DNA of 64,000 nt from Collinsella aerofaciens (GCA_963633225.1 CAVGXR010000042.1:16152-80151); one strand, 5' to 3'; numbered from the stretch's first letter, positions 28,856 through 38,753 are shown. Notes: generated from the letters alone by a model not told the origin. Made by a program: numbers and translations.

Positions 28856-29392
28856 ATGAAGCATCTGAAAAGAAATGCGACCGTCGCAGCGGTACTGCTG
28901 CTCGTGTGCGCGGCGGTTTATCTCAACTGGTCGTACAACAACAAGTGGGGAACGGCAGACCCTGCAATGGTAAAGGCAGAGGACGCGGCTGTGCAGGCGG
29001 CAAACGAGGCCTATGAAGCGGCAAACACGAAAAGCTCCGGCGGTTATTTTGCCGAGGCGCGGCTCAACCGTCAGGTATCGCGTGATGAGGCAATGAAAAT
29101 GCTCGAGGACGCGGTAAAGTCCGACACAGCCTCGCAGGAGACAATTGATTCCGCCATGACCTCGATATCGGCAATGGCAAACTACTCCATGAAAGAGTCG
29201 CAGCTTGAAAATAAGCTGCTGGCAAAGGATTTTTCCGACTGTGTCGTTTACATGAGCGAGGACGGCATAACCGTTGCCGTGCCCGCTCCGCAGGAAGGGC
29301 TCAGCGAGGCCGCCGTTGCCAGAATAACCGAAACCGTTACCTCCGAGACCTCATACACAGCCTCTCAGCTCAATGTAATAGAAGTGCCATAA
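28856..29392 (+). CDS. spoIIIAH: stage III sporulation protein AH
   Basis: N-terminal TM, Ala/Glu-rich linker and C-terminal YscJ/RBM-like domain. Last gene of the operon. Confidence 0.75.
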   Translation: MKHLKRNATVAAVLLLVCAAVYLNWSYNNKWGTADPAMVKAEDAAVQAANEAYEAANTKSSGGYFAEARLNRQVSRDEAMKMLEDAVKSDTASQETIDSAMTSISAMANYSMKESQLENKLLAKDFSDCVVYMSEDGITVAVPAPQEGLSEAAVARITETVTSETSYTASQLNVIEVP

Positions 29393-29394
29393 AA

Positions 29395-29420
29395 AAAGAC
29401 GGGAAAACCCGTCTTTTTTC
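29395..29420 (+). terminator. rho-independent terminator of the spoIIIA operon
   Basis: AAAGACGGG-AAAA-CCCGTCTTT followed by TTTC. Confidence 0.8.
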
Positions 29421-29440
29421 TTTATTTTTGCTCTGTGTTG

Positions 29441-29449
29441 TGATACAAT
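29441..29449 (+). promoter_or_regulatory. extended -10 element TGATACAAT upstream of the asp23-family gene
   Basis: TGnTAnAAT-type match read directly. No convincing -35. Confidence 0.35.
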
Positions 29450-29499
29450 ACTATGACAAGATTTCTGCATCATCGGTGCAGACACAATGGAGGCACATT

Positions 29500-29862
29500 A
29501 TGAGCGATAATTACATTAGCTGCAAGGTCGAAAACGGCAGCATAAATATATCCGAGGAAGTCATTTCCGCAATGGTCCGCACGGCTGTCACCGAGGTTGA
29601 CGGCGTTGCTGCAATATCAAACACCACGACCGGCGAGATCGCCGAGCTCATCGGCATAAAGACCATGTCCAAGGGCATAACCGTTCAGATAATAGACGAC
29701 ACAGTCAAGGCCGACGTTATTATCCTTGTCCGCTACGGCTGCAATATCGTAAACGTTGCACACGATGTCCAGAACTCCGTTTCCGAGCTTGTTCACGCTG
29801 TGACCGGCATCGAAAAAGCGGAGATAAACGTTCACGTTTCGGGCGTGGCATTTGAAAAGTAA
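29500..29862 (+). CDS. Asp23/Gls24-family envelope stress protein
   Basis: 120 aa. The INISEEVISAMVRTAVTEVDGV...VKADVIILVRYGCNIVNVAHDVQNSV pattern is typical of Asp23 (YqhY position after spoIIIA in B. subtilis). ATG at 29500. Confidence 0.85.
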   Translation: MSDNYISCKVENGSINISEEVISAMVRTAVTEVDGVAAISNTTTGEIAELIGIKTMSKGITVQIIDDTVKADVIILVRYGCNIVNVAHDVQNSVSELVHAVTGIEKAEINVHVSGVAFEK

Positions 29863-29880
29863 GATACGAGGTATTAGAGA

Positions 29881-30369
29881 ATGAAGAGAACTACCGCCCG
29901 AGAGATAGCGGTGCAGCTCAGCTTTTATGTGAGCGCAAATGAAAAGCCCGTCAGCGAGCTGCTTGAGCAGTTCTTCAATAAGGAGTATTACGAAACTCTT
30001 GCCGTGGAAAACGAGCTGTTTTCGGAATACCCCGAAAAGAAGCAGCAGGAGTATATCTCCCGTCTGGTCACAACGGCTTACGATTATCGCATTCAGATAG
30101 ACAAGCTTATTGAGAAATACGCTCAGGGCTGGAAGACGGAGAGAATGTCCAAAACCGCAATGGCTATTCTCCGCTGCGCCGTCAGCGAGATAATGTATAT
30201 GGACGATATCCCCGCAAGCGCTGCGATAAACGAAGCTGTGGAGCTTGCCAAGGGCTATGACGAGCCGGAGACGGTTTCGTTTATAAACGGCATCCTCGGC
30301 GGCATAATGCGCGGCGAGTTCTCGGAAGGCGGCAGCTCGGAGGCCGAGGATGAGACGGTGACAGTGTGA
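29881..30369 (+). CDS. nusB: transcription antitermination factor NusB
   Basis: RTTAREIAVQLSF N-terminus and DIPASAAINEAVELAK motif. Confidence 0.9.
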   Translation: MKRTTAREIAVQLSFYVSANEKPVSELLEQFFNKEYYETLAVENELFSEYPEKKQQEYISRLVTTAYDYRIQIDKLIEKYAQGWKTERMSKTAMAILRCAVSEIMYMDDIPASAAINEAVELAKGYDEPETVSFINGILGGIMRGEFSEGGSSEAEDETVTV

Positions 30370-31583
30370 TGAATCAGGAATGCCTCAGCGTATCCGAGTT
30401 AAATCAGATAATAAAGACACTGATAGACGGCGAGCCTATCCTTAACAAGGTCTGTGTGCGCGGCGAATTGTCAAATTACAAGATATATCCGTCGGGACAT
30501 CACTACTTTACGCTCAAGGATGCCGAGAGCAGTCTCAGATGCGTCATGTTTAAAAGCAGTGCGTCCAAGCTGCGCTTTCGTCCCGAAAGCGGAATGGGTG
30601 TCACTGCTTTTGGCCGTGTATCGGTATTCCCCCGCGACGGTGCATATCAGCTTTACTGCACCGATCTTATACCTGAGGGAACGGGCGATTTGCAGATAGC
30701 CTATGAGCAGCTTAAGAAGAAGCTTGCCGCAGAAGGGCTTTTTGACCCCTCGCATAAAAAGCCGCTCCCGCCTTTTCCCGAGAAGATAGCTATCATTACC
30801 TCGTCTGCCGGAGCTGCCGTTCACGATATGATACGTATACTCGGAACGCGCTGGAGCATGACAAAGGTAATTCTGCTGCCGGTGCGCGTTCAGGGCGTTG
30901 AAGCTCCGCCGGAGATAGTCGGAGCGATACGCTATGCAAACCGTTACAAGGTCGCAGACCTCATAATAACAGGCCGCGGAGGCGGCTCTATCGAGGATCT
31001 GTGGGCCTTTAACGACGAGCGCGTCGCAAGGGCAATATATGAATCAGAGCTGCCGGTCATATCTGCCGTAGGTCACGAGCCGGACGTTACCATTGCCGAC
31101 TATGTTGCCGATGTCCGTGCATCCACGCCATCAAACGCAGCCGAGATAGCGGTCCCCGATGAAAGCGAGCTGCGCGAGTGGCTCATGAATATGAATATAC
31201 GCCAGACGCAGGCCATGCAGAAAAGCATAAGCCGCATGAGCACACGCCTTGACGATATAAAAAGCCGCCGTGTTTTGCGCGATCCCATGGCCTATGTCGA
31301 TACAAAGCGCACGGAGCTTGACTATGTGCGCGGAAAGCTCATAGCCGCCGCAGAAAAGACAAATTCGGCAAACAGGCACAAATTTGTCGCACTTGCGTCT
31401 GCTCTGGATGCAATGAGTCCGCTCAAGGTTCTCGGCAGGGGATATGCGATAGCGTCAAACGAGAAAGGCGAGCTTATAAAAAGCGCCGGAGACGTGAATA
31501 AGGGCGATAAGTTAAGCCTCGCTGTCAGCGACGGACTTATAAATTGCACTGTAGATGAAAGTGAGGCAAAAAGCCATGGCTAA
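30366..31583 (+). CDS. xseA: exodeoxyribonuclease VII large subunit
   Basis: OB-fold N-terminus (VCVRGELSNYKIYPSGHHYFTLKD) and catalytic region (IITGRGGGSIEDLWAFNDE, VGHEPDVTIADYVAD). Confidence 0.92.
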   Translation: MMNQECLSVSELNQIIKTLIDGEPILNKVCVRGELSNYKIYPSGHHYFTLKDAESSLRCVMFKSSASKLRFRPESGMGVTAFGRVSVFPRDGAYQLYCTDLIPEGTGDLQIAYEQLKKKLAAEGLFDPSHKKPLPPFPEKIAIITSSAGAAVHDMIRILGTRWSMTKVILLPVRVQGVEAPPEIVGAIRYANRYKVADLIITGRGGGSIEDLWAFNDERVARAIYESELPVISAVGHEPDVTIADYVADVRASTPSNAAEIAVPDESELREWLMNMNIRQTQAMQKSISRMSTRLDDIKSRRVLRDPMAYVDTKRTELDYVRGKLIAAAEKTNSANRHKFVALASALDAMSPLKVLGRGYAIASNEKGELIKSAGDVNKGDKLSLAVSDGLINCTVDESEAKSHG

Positions 31584-31803
31584 TGAAAAATTAAGCTTTG
31601 AGGAATCGGTAAAACGGCTTGACGAGATTGTCAAGCTGCTCGAGCGCGGCGATGCTCCGCTGAGTGACTCGCTCAAGCTTTTTGAGGAGGGTACAGCTCT
31701 CATATCCAATTGCGATACTCTGCTCAACGAAGCCGAGCAGAAGGTCGTAAAGCTCAGAAAAGGTCAGGACGGTGAGCCGGAAGAGCTCCCGTTTGGTGAA
31801 TGA
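31576..31803 (+). CDS. xseB: exodeoxyribonuclease VII small subunit
   Basis: 75 aa with the SFEESVKRLDEIVKLLERGDAPLSDSLKLFEEG signature. Internal ATG at 31576. Confidence 0.88.
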   Translation: MANEKLSFEESVKRLDEIVKLLERGDAPLSDSLKLFEEGTALISNCDTLLNEAEQKVVKLRKGQDGEPEELPFGE

Positions 31804-31804
31804 T

Positions 31805-32671
31805 ATGACGGCAAATGAATATAAAAAGCTTGTAGACGCAAAGCTTTCGGAGTTTTTTACTCCGTCAGGTCTAAGCTACGACGGACTGCTTGAATCCATG
31901 CGTTACAGCCTTACGGCGGGCGGAAAGCGCATACGTCCCATGCTTGTGCTCGAGTTCTGCCGTATCTCGGGCGGCGATGCAAAAAAAGCGCTGCCCGTTG
32001 CCTGTGCAATTGAAATGCTGCATACATACAGCCTTATCCACGACGATCTTCCGTGCATGGACAACGACGAGCTGCGCCGTGGAAAGCCGACAAATCATGT
32101 CGTTTACGGCGAGTGTACGGCAACGCTTGCCGGTGATGCATTGCAGGCTGAGGCCTTCGGCACGATAGCCCGCAGCGAGCTTTCTGCGGAGTCGAGGATC
32201 AATTGCGTGGAGATACTTGCCGATGCTGCCGGAAGCGGCGGAATGTGCGCAGGACAGTATCTTGATATGATAGGTGAGAGTAAGGTTCTTTCCGAGGATG
32301 AGCTTAACGACATAAATTCACACAAGACCGGCGCTCTGCTCATAGCGGCCTGCCGCATGGGTGTTGCCGCGGCGGGCGGCAGCGATAAAATGTTCGATGC
32401 GGCTGCGCAGTACGGTGCCTGTGTCGGAGCGGCATTCCAGATCCGTGACGATATTCTTGACGTTATAAGCACGAGCGAGGAGCTCGGAAAGCCTGTCGGT
32501 TCGGATGCTCAGGAGCATAAAAATACATATATGGCTCTGCTCGGCGAGGCTAAATGCATGGAAATGATAGAAAAGCTGACAGAGCAGGCCAAAAGCGTCC
32601 TTAAATCCGCTTTTGAGGACACGGAATTTCTCTGTAATCTTGCCGATTCCATGGTAACGAGAAAAAATTAA
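31805..32671 (+). CDS. ispA: (2E,6E)-farnesyl diphosphate synthase / polyprenyl synthetase
   Basis: First and second Asp-rich motifs (LIHDDLPCMDNDELRRG and FQIRDDILD). Confidence 0.88.
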   Translation: MTANEYKKLVDAKLSEFFTPSGLSYDGLLESMRYSLTAGGKRIRPMLVLEFCRISGGDAKKALPVACAIEMLHTYSLIHDDLPCMDNDELRRGKPTNHVVYGECTATLAGDALQAEAFGTIARSELSAESRINCVEILADAAGSGGMCAGQYLDMIGESKVLSEDELNDINSHKTGALLIAACRMGVAAAGGSDKMFDAAAQYGACVGAAFQIRDDILDVISTSEELGKPVGSDAQEHKNTYMALLGEAKCMEMIEKLTEQAKSVLKSAFEDTEFLCNLADSMVTRKN

Positions 32672-32686
32672 AGTGAATAATTCGTA

Positions 32687-32732
32687 AAACCGCGGTGAAT
32701 GTCTATTGTAAAATTCTCCGCGGTTTGTTATT
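32687..32732 (+). terminator. terminator-like hairpin after ispA
   Basis: AAACCGCGG...CCGCGGTTT with an extended imperfect stem, followed by GTTATT. The U-tract is weak. Confidence 0.5.
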
Positions 32733-32796
32733 ATGTAATGTATAATAGCTAAAATAGCGAATATTGCGAATATTTAATTGATTTCGAGGCCACATT

Positions 32797-34641
32797 TTGA
32801 ATATTTTAAATAAAGTAAATTCCTCAAACGATATAAAGCGGCTGGATAAGAGCGAGCTTCCGCAGCTTTGCAGCGAGCTCAGAGAGTTTATTATTAACAA
32901 CGTTTCAAAGACCGGCGGCCACCTTGCCTCAAATTTGGGCACCGTTGAGCTCACGGTCGCGCTGCACAGGGTGTATGACAGCTCTGTTGACAGGATCGTA
33001 TTTGATGTCGGTCACCAGAGCTACGCGCATAAGATAATAACCGGCAGGCGCGATGCCTTTGACACGCTGCGCTGCTACGGCGGACTTTCGGGCTTTCCCA
33101 AGCCATATGAAGCCGATGACGACGCATTTATAGCGGGGCACGCATCCAACTCCGTATCCGTAGCCTATGGAATGGCAAGGGCGAGGACAATAAAAGGCGG
33201 AAAGTACAGCGTGTGTGCCATTATCGGAGACGGTGCGCTCACCGGCGGCCTTGCATATGAGGGTCTTGCCAATGTCGGCGGCAGCAGCGAGCCCATCGTC
33301 ATTATCCTAAACGACAACGGCATGAGCATAAACGGTAATGTCGGCGGTATGGCAAAGCTTTTGTCGAAAGAGCGCGTAAAGCCGGGCTATATAAACTTCA
33401 AGCGCTGGTATAAGCAGGCCGTCAGCGGCATGAACGGCCTATATAACGCAAGCCACAAGGCCAAGGAAGCGCTCAAAAAGTCGATACTGCCGTCGAATAT
33501 GTTCGATTCCATGGGCATTTACTATCTCGGACCTGTTGACGGACACGATGTTGATCAGCTCGAAACGGTCATACGCTGGGCAAAAGAGATGGATAAGCCA
33601 GTGCTCGTTCATGTAATAAGTAAAAAGGGCAAGGGCTGCAAATATGCCGAGGAGCACCCAGATAAGTATCACGGTGTCGGAAAATTTGATCCTGCGACAG
33701 GGGAAATGTCGGCTTCAAAGCCCTGCTTTTCGTCGGTATTCGGGAAAAAGCTCACGCAGCTTGCCGAGATAAATCATGATATTGTCGCAATAAGCGCCGC
33801 CATGTGCGCCGGAACGGGGCTCACAGGCTTTGCAGACAGGTTTCCTAGTCGTTTCTTTGATGTCGGCATAGCCGAGGAGCATGCGGTGGCCATGGCAGCA
33901 GGTATGGCCAAGCAGGGGCTCACGCCCGTCGTTGCAATATACTCCGGCTTTCTCCAGCGCGCATATGATATGCTGATACATGATGTTTCGCTTCAGGATC
34001 TGCACGTCGTATTCTGTGTTGACAGGGCAGGACTTGTCGGCAGCGACGGAGAGACCCATCACGGCGCGTTCGATGTTAGCTATCTGCGCTCCGTGCCTCA
34101 TATGCAGCTGCTGTGCCCTTCAAGCTTTGCCGAGCTTGAAGCGATGCTTGACGAGGCCGTAAACCGCATGTCTGGTCCTGTCGCTATACGCTATCCGCGA
34201 GGAGGCGAGGGACGGTATACAGATTGTGTGCTCGACGGCTGCGTTCAGCTTCGCAGCGGCAGTGATATAACTATCGCTGCCTACGGTACGGACATAAACA
34301 TTGCGCTTGACACGGCGGACGCGCTTGCAGACAGAGGAATACACACCGATGTATTCAAGCTTTCCCGGCTCGATAAGCGCTATTACGGAGATATCATTGC
34401 ATCCATGCAGAAAACAGGCCGTTTTCTCATGAGTGAACAGGTATGCAGCAGCGGCTGCATCGCAGATGATATTCTCGCCCATGCAGAACGCATGGGAGTT
34501 AAGATAAATGCAGCATATACGCCGAATCTCGGCAGCGGCATAGTCGTTCAGGGCACTGTTCCCGAGCTTATAGCGCACTGCGGTCTTGATGCGGAAAGTC
34601 TGACAAATGAAGCGGTAAAGCTGGTCAGGGGTGAAGCATGA
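32797..34641 (+). CDS. dxs: 1-deoxy-D-xylulose-5-phosphate synthase
   Basis: GGHLASNLGTVELTVALH, GHQSYAHKIITGR and the TPP motif GDGALTGG. TTG start. Confidence 0.92.
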   Translation: MNILNKVNSSNDIKRLDKSELPQLCSELREFIINNVSKTGGHLASNLGTVELTVALHRVYDSSVDRIVFDVGHQSYAHKIITGRRDAFDTLRCYGGLSGFPKPYEADDDAFIAGHASNSVSVAYGMARARTIKGGKYSVCAIIGDGALTGGLAYEGLANVGGSSEPIVIILNDNGMSINGNVGGMAKLLSKERVKPGYINFKRWYKQAVSGMNGLYNASHKAKEALKKSILPSNMFDSMGIYYLGPVDGHDVDQLETVIRWAKEMDKPVLVHVISKKGKGCKYAEEHPDKYHGVGKFDPATGEMSASKPCFSSVFGKKLTQLAEINHDIVAISAAMCAGTGLTGFADRFPSRFFDVGIAEEHAVAMAAGMAKQGLTPVVAIYSGFLQRAYDMLIHDVSLQDLHVVFCVDRAGLVGSDGETHHGAFDVSYLRSVPHMQLLCPSSFAELEAMLDEAVNRMSGPVAIRYPRGGEGRYTDCVLDGCVQLRSGSDITIAAYGTDINIALDTADALADRGIHTDVFKLSRLDKRYYGDIIASMQKTGRFLMSEQVCSSGCIADDILAHAERMGVKINAAYTPNLGSGIVVQGTVPELIAHCGLDAESLTNEAVKLVRGEA

Positions 34642-35432
34642 AAAAAATCAGACTCGATCAGCTCGTTTTTGATCTCGGCCTTACCGAGAGCCGTGAAAGA
34701 GCAAAAACAACAATAATGAGCGGCCTCGTCTTTGTTGACGGGCAGCGTGCCGATAAGCCCGGAATGCAGGTATCTCCCGATGCAGACGTTGAGGTAAAGG
34801 GAGCTGCGCTTCCGTATGTCAGCCGCGGTGGATTTAAGCTTGAAAAGGCACTCAGGGTGTTTCCCGTAGATCCGACGGATAAGGTCTGTATCGACTGCGG
34901 CGCGTCAACCGGCGGCTTTACAGACGTTCTGCTGAAAAACGGCGCAGCTAAGGTATATTCGGTGGATGTCGGATACGGACAGCTTGCATGGAGCCTCAGG
35001 CAGGATGAGCGCGTTGTCAACATGGAGCGCACGAATATAAGATACATAAGCTCTGAGCAGATACCCGAAGCGCTCGACATGGCGGTAATGGATCTTTCGT
35101 TTATATCTATAAAGCTGGTGCTTCCCGCTGTGTGCTCGCTTCTGAAGGATGAGGGCGAGCTTATCTGCCTTATAAAGCCTCAGTTTGAAGCGGGCAGGGA
35201 AGAGGTCGGCAAAAAGGGCGTTGTCCGCGATAAAAATGTCCACCTTGCCGTCATTAAAAGCATTTTGGATTTTGCGCCGAGCGTCGGCATGACGGTCATG
35301 GGGCTTGATTTTTCTCCCATTAAGGGTCCTGAGGGCAACAGAGAGTATCTGTGCTTCATGAAAAAAGGCAAATTTGATGCACCCATCATAGATGCGCAGG
35401 CAGTTGTTGATGCCTCGCACGAAAAACTGTGA
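34638..35432 (+). CDS. tlyA: TlyA-family rRNA 2'-O-methyltransferase (hemolysin A-like)
   Basis: S4 domain (RLDQLVFDLGLTESRERAKTTIMSGLVFVDG) plus FtsJ SAM motif (DCGASTGGFTD). Confidence 0.88.
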   Translation: MKKIRLDQLVFDLGLTESRERAKTTIMSGLVFVDGQRADKPGMQVSPDADVEVKGAALPYVSRGGFKLEKALRVFPVDPTDKVCIDCGASTGGFTDVLLKNGAAKVYSVDVGYGQLAWSLRQDERVVNMERTNIRYISSEQIPEALDMAVMDLSFISIKLVLPAVCSLLKDEGELICLIKPQFEAGREEVGKKGVVRDKNVHLAVIKSILDFAPSVGMTVMGLDFSPIKGPEGNREYLCFMKKGKFDAPIIDAQAVVDASHEKL

Positions 35433-35439
35433 GGTCAAA

Positions 35440-36306
35440 ATGGCTAAACTTATCGTACTGTGTCCGAACCCGTACAGGGATTGCGGACTTGAGCTTACAA
35501 AAAAGGCAAAAGCTATACTGCAGGAAAACGGCTATAAAACCGCCGTTTGTCCGGTGTTCGGTGCGCATGATACAACCGTTATCCCCTGTGACGTGGAGCT
35601 TACGGCATGGAGCAAGGTAGCAGGATGCGCCGATCTGTTCATTGTTATCGGCGGTGACGGGACCATTCTGCACACGGCAAGATATCTTAATCACACCGAG
35701 ATTCCGATGCTCGGCATAAATCTCGGAACGAAGGGCTTTATGGCCTCGCTCGAGCCCGAGGATATAGACGGCATACTCGATGCCGCAGCCGGAAACTATT
35801 CATCAAGCTTCAGAATGATGATAGATGTTGAGCTTATCCGAGACGGAGAGGTCATCTATGCCGATGTCGGTCTTAACGATGCCGTGATCCACGGCATGGG
35901 CGACTGCATAAAGCTCACCGCATGGTGCGACAAGGAGCGCATCATGAGCTATTCCGGCGACGGCATAATCATATCAACACCAACCGGCTCTACGGGCTAT
36001 TCCATGTCCGCCGGAGGCCCTATAGTCGAGCCGGAGGCAAAAAATCTCATAGTATCGCCAATATGCGCACACTATATCGGAGCAAGAAGCTTCGTTCTGT
36101 CATCCGAACATAAAATAAGCGTAATGGCAGAAAAGCTGCATGACAGACGAGCCTATGTATCCGTTGACGGAACCGACGGCTTTGAGCTTGTAAACGAGGA
36201 TATCGTTATCGTAAGCAGATCTATGAAGGTAGCAAATCTCATCTACCTCGGAGAGCGCAGCTTTTACGATTCTACCTTTGACAAGCTGCAATACAGGGTT
36301 GACTGA
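35440..36306 (+). CDS. nadK: NAD(+) kinase
   Basis: IVIGGDGTILH, NDAVI and TPTGSTGYSMSAGGPI motifs. ATG at 35440. Confidence 0.9.
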   Translation: MAKLIVLCPNPYRDCGLELTKKAKAILQENGYKTAVCPVFGAHDTTVIPCDVELTAWSKVAGCADLFIVIGGDGTILHTARYLNHTEIPMLGINLGTKGFMASLEPEDIDGILDAAAGNYSSSFRMMIDVELIRDGEVIYADVGLNDAVIHGMGDCIKLTAWCDKERIMSYSGDGIIISTPTGSTGYSMSAGGPIVEPEAKNLIVSPICAHYIGARSFVLSSEHKISVMAEKLHDRRAYVSVDGTDGFELVNEDIVIVSRSMKVANLIYLGERSFYDSTFDKLQYRVD

Positions 36307-36320
36307 AGGGGGACAATCAG

Positions 36321-36770
36321 TTGAAGGATTCAAGACAAAGCGTTATTCTCAAGATAATTTCCGAGCAGGAGATCGAGACGCAGGCCCAGCTTATTCAGGC
36401 GCTTGCCGAGCACGGCATTCCCAGCACTCAGGCAACGCTTTCAAGAGATATAAAGCAGCTGCACCTTGTAAAGGAGCTCGGCAGTAACGGAAGATATCAC
36501 TATGTTGTCAGCGGTAAATCGCGCAATAATGACAGGGTGATGCGGCTGCGCAAAATATTCCGCGAGGGTGTGACCTCCTATGCGGTAGCGCAGAATATAA
36601 TAGTCATAAAAACGCTGCCCGGCCTTGCATCGGCAGCCTGCTCAACGCTCGACTCTATGCATATCGACACTCTTGTCGGCACTCTTGCCGGCGATGATAC
36701 TGCGTTTCTGGCAATGAAGGATAACAAGGCGGCAGAAGAGCTCTGCCACGAGATAGATGAAATGTTCTGA
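36321..36770 (+). CDS. argR: arginine repressor
   Basis: Winged-helix N-terminus (RQSVILKIISEQEIETQAQLIQALAEHGIPSTQATLSRDIKQL) and C-terminal GTLAGDDT arginine-binding motif. TTG start. Confidence 0.88.
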   Translation: MKDSRQSVILKIISEQEIETQAQLIQALAEHGIPSTQATLSRDIKQLHLVKELGSNGRYHYVVSGKSRNNDRVMRLRKIFREGVTSYAVAQNIIVIKTLPGLASAACSTLDSMHIDTLVGTLAGDDTAFLAMKDNKAAEELCHEIDEMF

Positions 36771-36784
36771 TAAAGGGGTATCCC

Positions 36785-38470
36785 ATGCTTACACAGCTGC
36801 ATATTGAAAATATTGCTGTAATTGAAAAGGCGGATATCGAGTTCGGCAGCGGCCTTACCGTGCTGACGGGCGAAACCGGCGCTGGCAAGTCTATCATCGT
36901 TGACTCTCTTTCCGCCGTCCTCGGTGCACGCACGAGCCGCGAGCTTGTACGCAGCGGCGCTGAATACGGTGTCGTGTCGGCAGTTTTTGAAACTGATGCC
37001 GCAGCAGAATGGTTTGAAGAAAATGATTTTGAGCCGGAGGACGAGATAATCATCCGGCGCAAGATATCCGCAGACGGCAAAAACAACTGCCGTGTGTGCG
37101 GAAATCCCGTGACTGTATCGCAGCTAAGGCAGCTCGGCTCACTGCTGCTTGATATACACGGCCAGAACGACGGTCGTCAGCTGATGGACGAGGCCTCGCA
37201 CCTTGCTTATCTCGACGGCTTCGGAAAGACCGATAAAGAGCGCTCGCTTTTTGCCGTGGCATATAAGGAATATGTCTCATGCAAGCGCGAAATGGACAGG
37301 CTTTCTATGGATGAGGCTGAAAAGGAGCGCCTTGCCGACAGTCTGAGATATAAGATCGAAGAGCTTGAAAACGCTCAGCTCAGAGTGGGCGAGGAGGACG
37401 AGCTCATAGCCCGCCGCGAGCTGCTTCGAAACTCCGAAAAGCTCACCGAGGCGCTCGACGGAGCCTACAGTGCGCTCTACGCCTGCGACGAAAATGCCGC
37501 ATCGCTCATTGACGAGGCATCCGCTCTTGTCAGCCGCGCCGCCTCCATATCCGACGGTCTGCGCGAGACAGCCGATATTCTCGGCAGCGCCTCCGCGCTC
37601 GTATACGATGCTGCCGAGCGTATACGCGATTTCCGCGACGGTCTTGAATTTTCTCCCGACGAATATGACCGCATTGAAACGCGCACGGCACTTTTAAAAC
37701 GCCTGAGCCGAAAATATAATACCGATGAAGCGGGAATGCTGAAGCTGCTTGATGACAGCAGGAAAGAGCTTTCAATGCTCGAATATTCCGACGATATGTT
37801 AAAAAAGCTCGAGCGTCAGCTAAAGGAGCACAGAGATAACTGCGCCAAAAAGGCAGCTGCGCTGACAAACAGCCGCAGGGAGGCCGCAAAAAAGCTTGAG
37901 GAGCGCATTTGCAGTGAGCTTCGAGATCTCAGTATGCCCTCGGTTCGCTTCAAGGTCTCCGTCGAGCCTGTCGGGAACGAGCTCGGCTTTGACCGCACGG
38001 GAGCCGACATTGTGCGCTTTCTCATATCCGCAAACGCCGGTATGGAGCTCGGGCGCATATCGAAGATAGCCTCAGGCGGCGAGCTCAGCCGCATAATGCT
38101 TGCAATGAAAACGGCCTTTTCCGATAATGACCCGATCGAGACAATGGTGTTTGACGAGATAGACACCGGCGTGTCCGGCATAGCCGCTCAGCGCGTTGGA
38201 GAGAAGATGAGCGATCTTTCACGCGGCAAGCAGGTCCTGTGCATAACGCATCTGCCGCAGATAGCTGCGTTGGCAGACTGTCATGATAAGATCGAAAAGG
38301 CCGAGCGCAGCGGAAAGACCTTCACTGTGGTAAAGGAGCTTGACCGTCAGGGCAGGCGCATGGAGCTTGCACGGCTGTACGGCGGCGATGTCGTCACAGA
38401 AACCACGCTTGCGGGAGCAGAAGAGCAGCTTGCGGCGGCGGATAAATATAAGTTGACAAGATGTAAATAG
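36785..38470 (+). CDS. recN: DNA repair protein RecN
   Basis: Walker A (LTGETGAGKSII), long coiled coil, SMC signature (ASGGELSRIMLAMK) and Walker B (MVFDEIDTG). Confidence 0.92.
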   Translation: MLTQLHIENIAVIEKADIEFGSGLTVLTGETGAGKSIIVDSLSAVLGARTSRELVRSGAEYGVVSAVFETDAAAEWFEENDFEPEDEIIIRRKISADGKNNCRVCGNPVTVSQLRQLGSLLLDIHGQNDGRQLMDEASHLAYLDGFGKTDKERSLFAVAYKEYVSCKREMDRLSMDEAEKERLADSLRYKIEELENAQLRVGEEDELIARRELLRNSEKLTEALDGAYSALYACDENAASLIDEASALVSRAASISDGLRETADILGSASALVYDAAERIRDFRDGLEFSPDEYDRIETRTALLKRLSRKYNTDEAGMLKLLDDSRKELSMLEYSDDMLKKLERQLKEHRDNCAKKAAALTNSRREAAKKLEERICSELRDLSMPSVRFKVSVEPVGNELGFDRTGADIVRFLISANAGMELGRISKIASGGELSRIMLAMKTAFSDNDPIETMVFDEIDTGVSGIAAQRVGEKMSDLSRGKQVLCITHLPQIAALADCHDKIEKAERSGKTFTVVKELDRQGRRMELARLYGGDVVTETTLAGAEEQLAAADKYKLTRCK

Positions 38471-38481
38471 TTTAGTATAAT
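38453..38481 (+). promoter_or_regulatory. consensus sigma-A promoter TTGACA-17 nt-TATAAT; the -35 and most of the spacer lie in the last codons of recN and the -10 just past its stop
   Basis: Both hexamers are perfect with a 17-nt spacer. Positioned to fire the T-box leader. Confidence 0.65.
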
Positions 38482-38487
38482 CTGCTT

Positions 38488-38740
38488 CGATAACGCGATG
38501 AAGAGCAGGAGTAGTTCATTTTAGCTGCGCAGAGAGACCCTGTTTGCTGAAAAGGGGAGAGCAAGGATGAATGAATACGGCTCGGAGCGGCTCGCTGAAG
38601 CTTTCAGTAGGCGATGACGGGTGCGCCCGATACAGCGCATGAGTCACGAACTCACCGAGGCTTTATCCGTGAGGAGAGAGCATATAGAGGTGGTACCGCG
38701 TTTTTAACGCCCTCTGTCTTAGGACAGGGGGCTTTTTTTA
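38488..38740 (+). promoter_or_regulatory. T-box riboswitch leader, tyrosine specifier (UAC)
   Basis: Stem I elements: GCGATGAAGAG, AGTAG, AGAGAG, GCTGAAAA. The specifier loop is framed by GAGC/GCTC and TTCATT/AATGAA and presents UAC at 38576-38578 followed by G. T-box sequence AGAGGTGGTACCGCG at 38686-38700. Terminator GCCCTCTGTC-TTAG-GACAGGGGGC + T7 at 38709-38739. Confidence 0.85.
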
Positions 38741-38753
38741 CAGGAGGGAAGCT

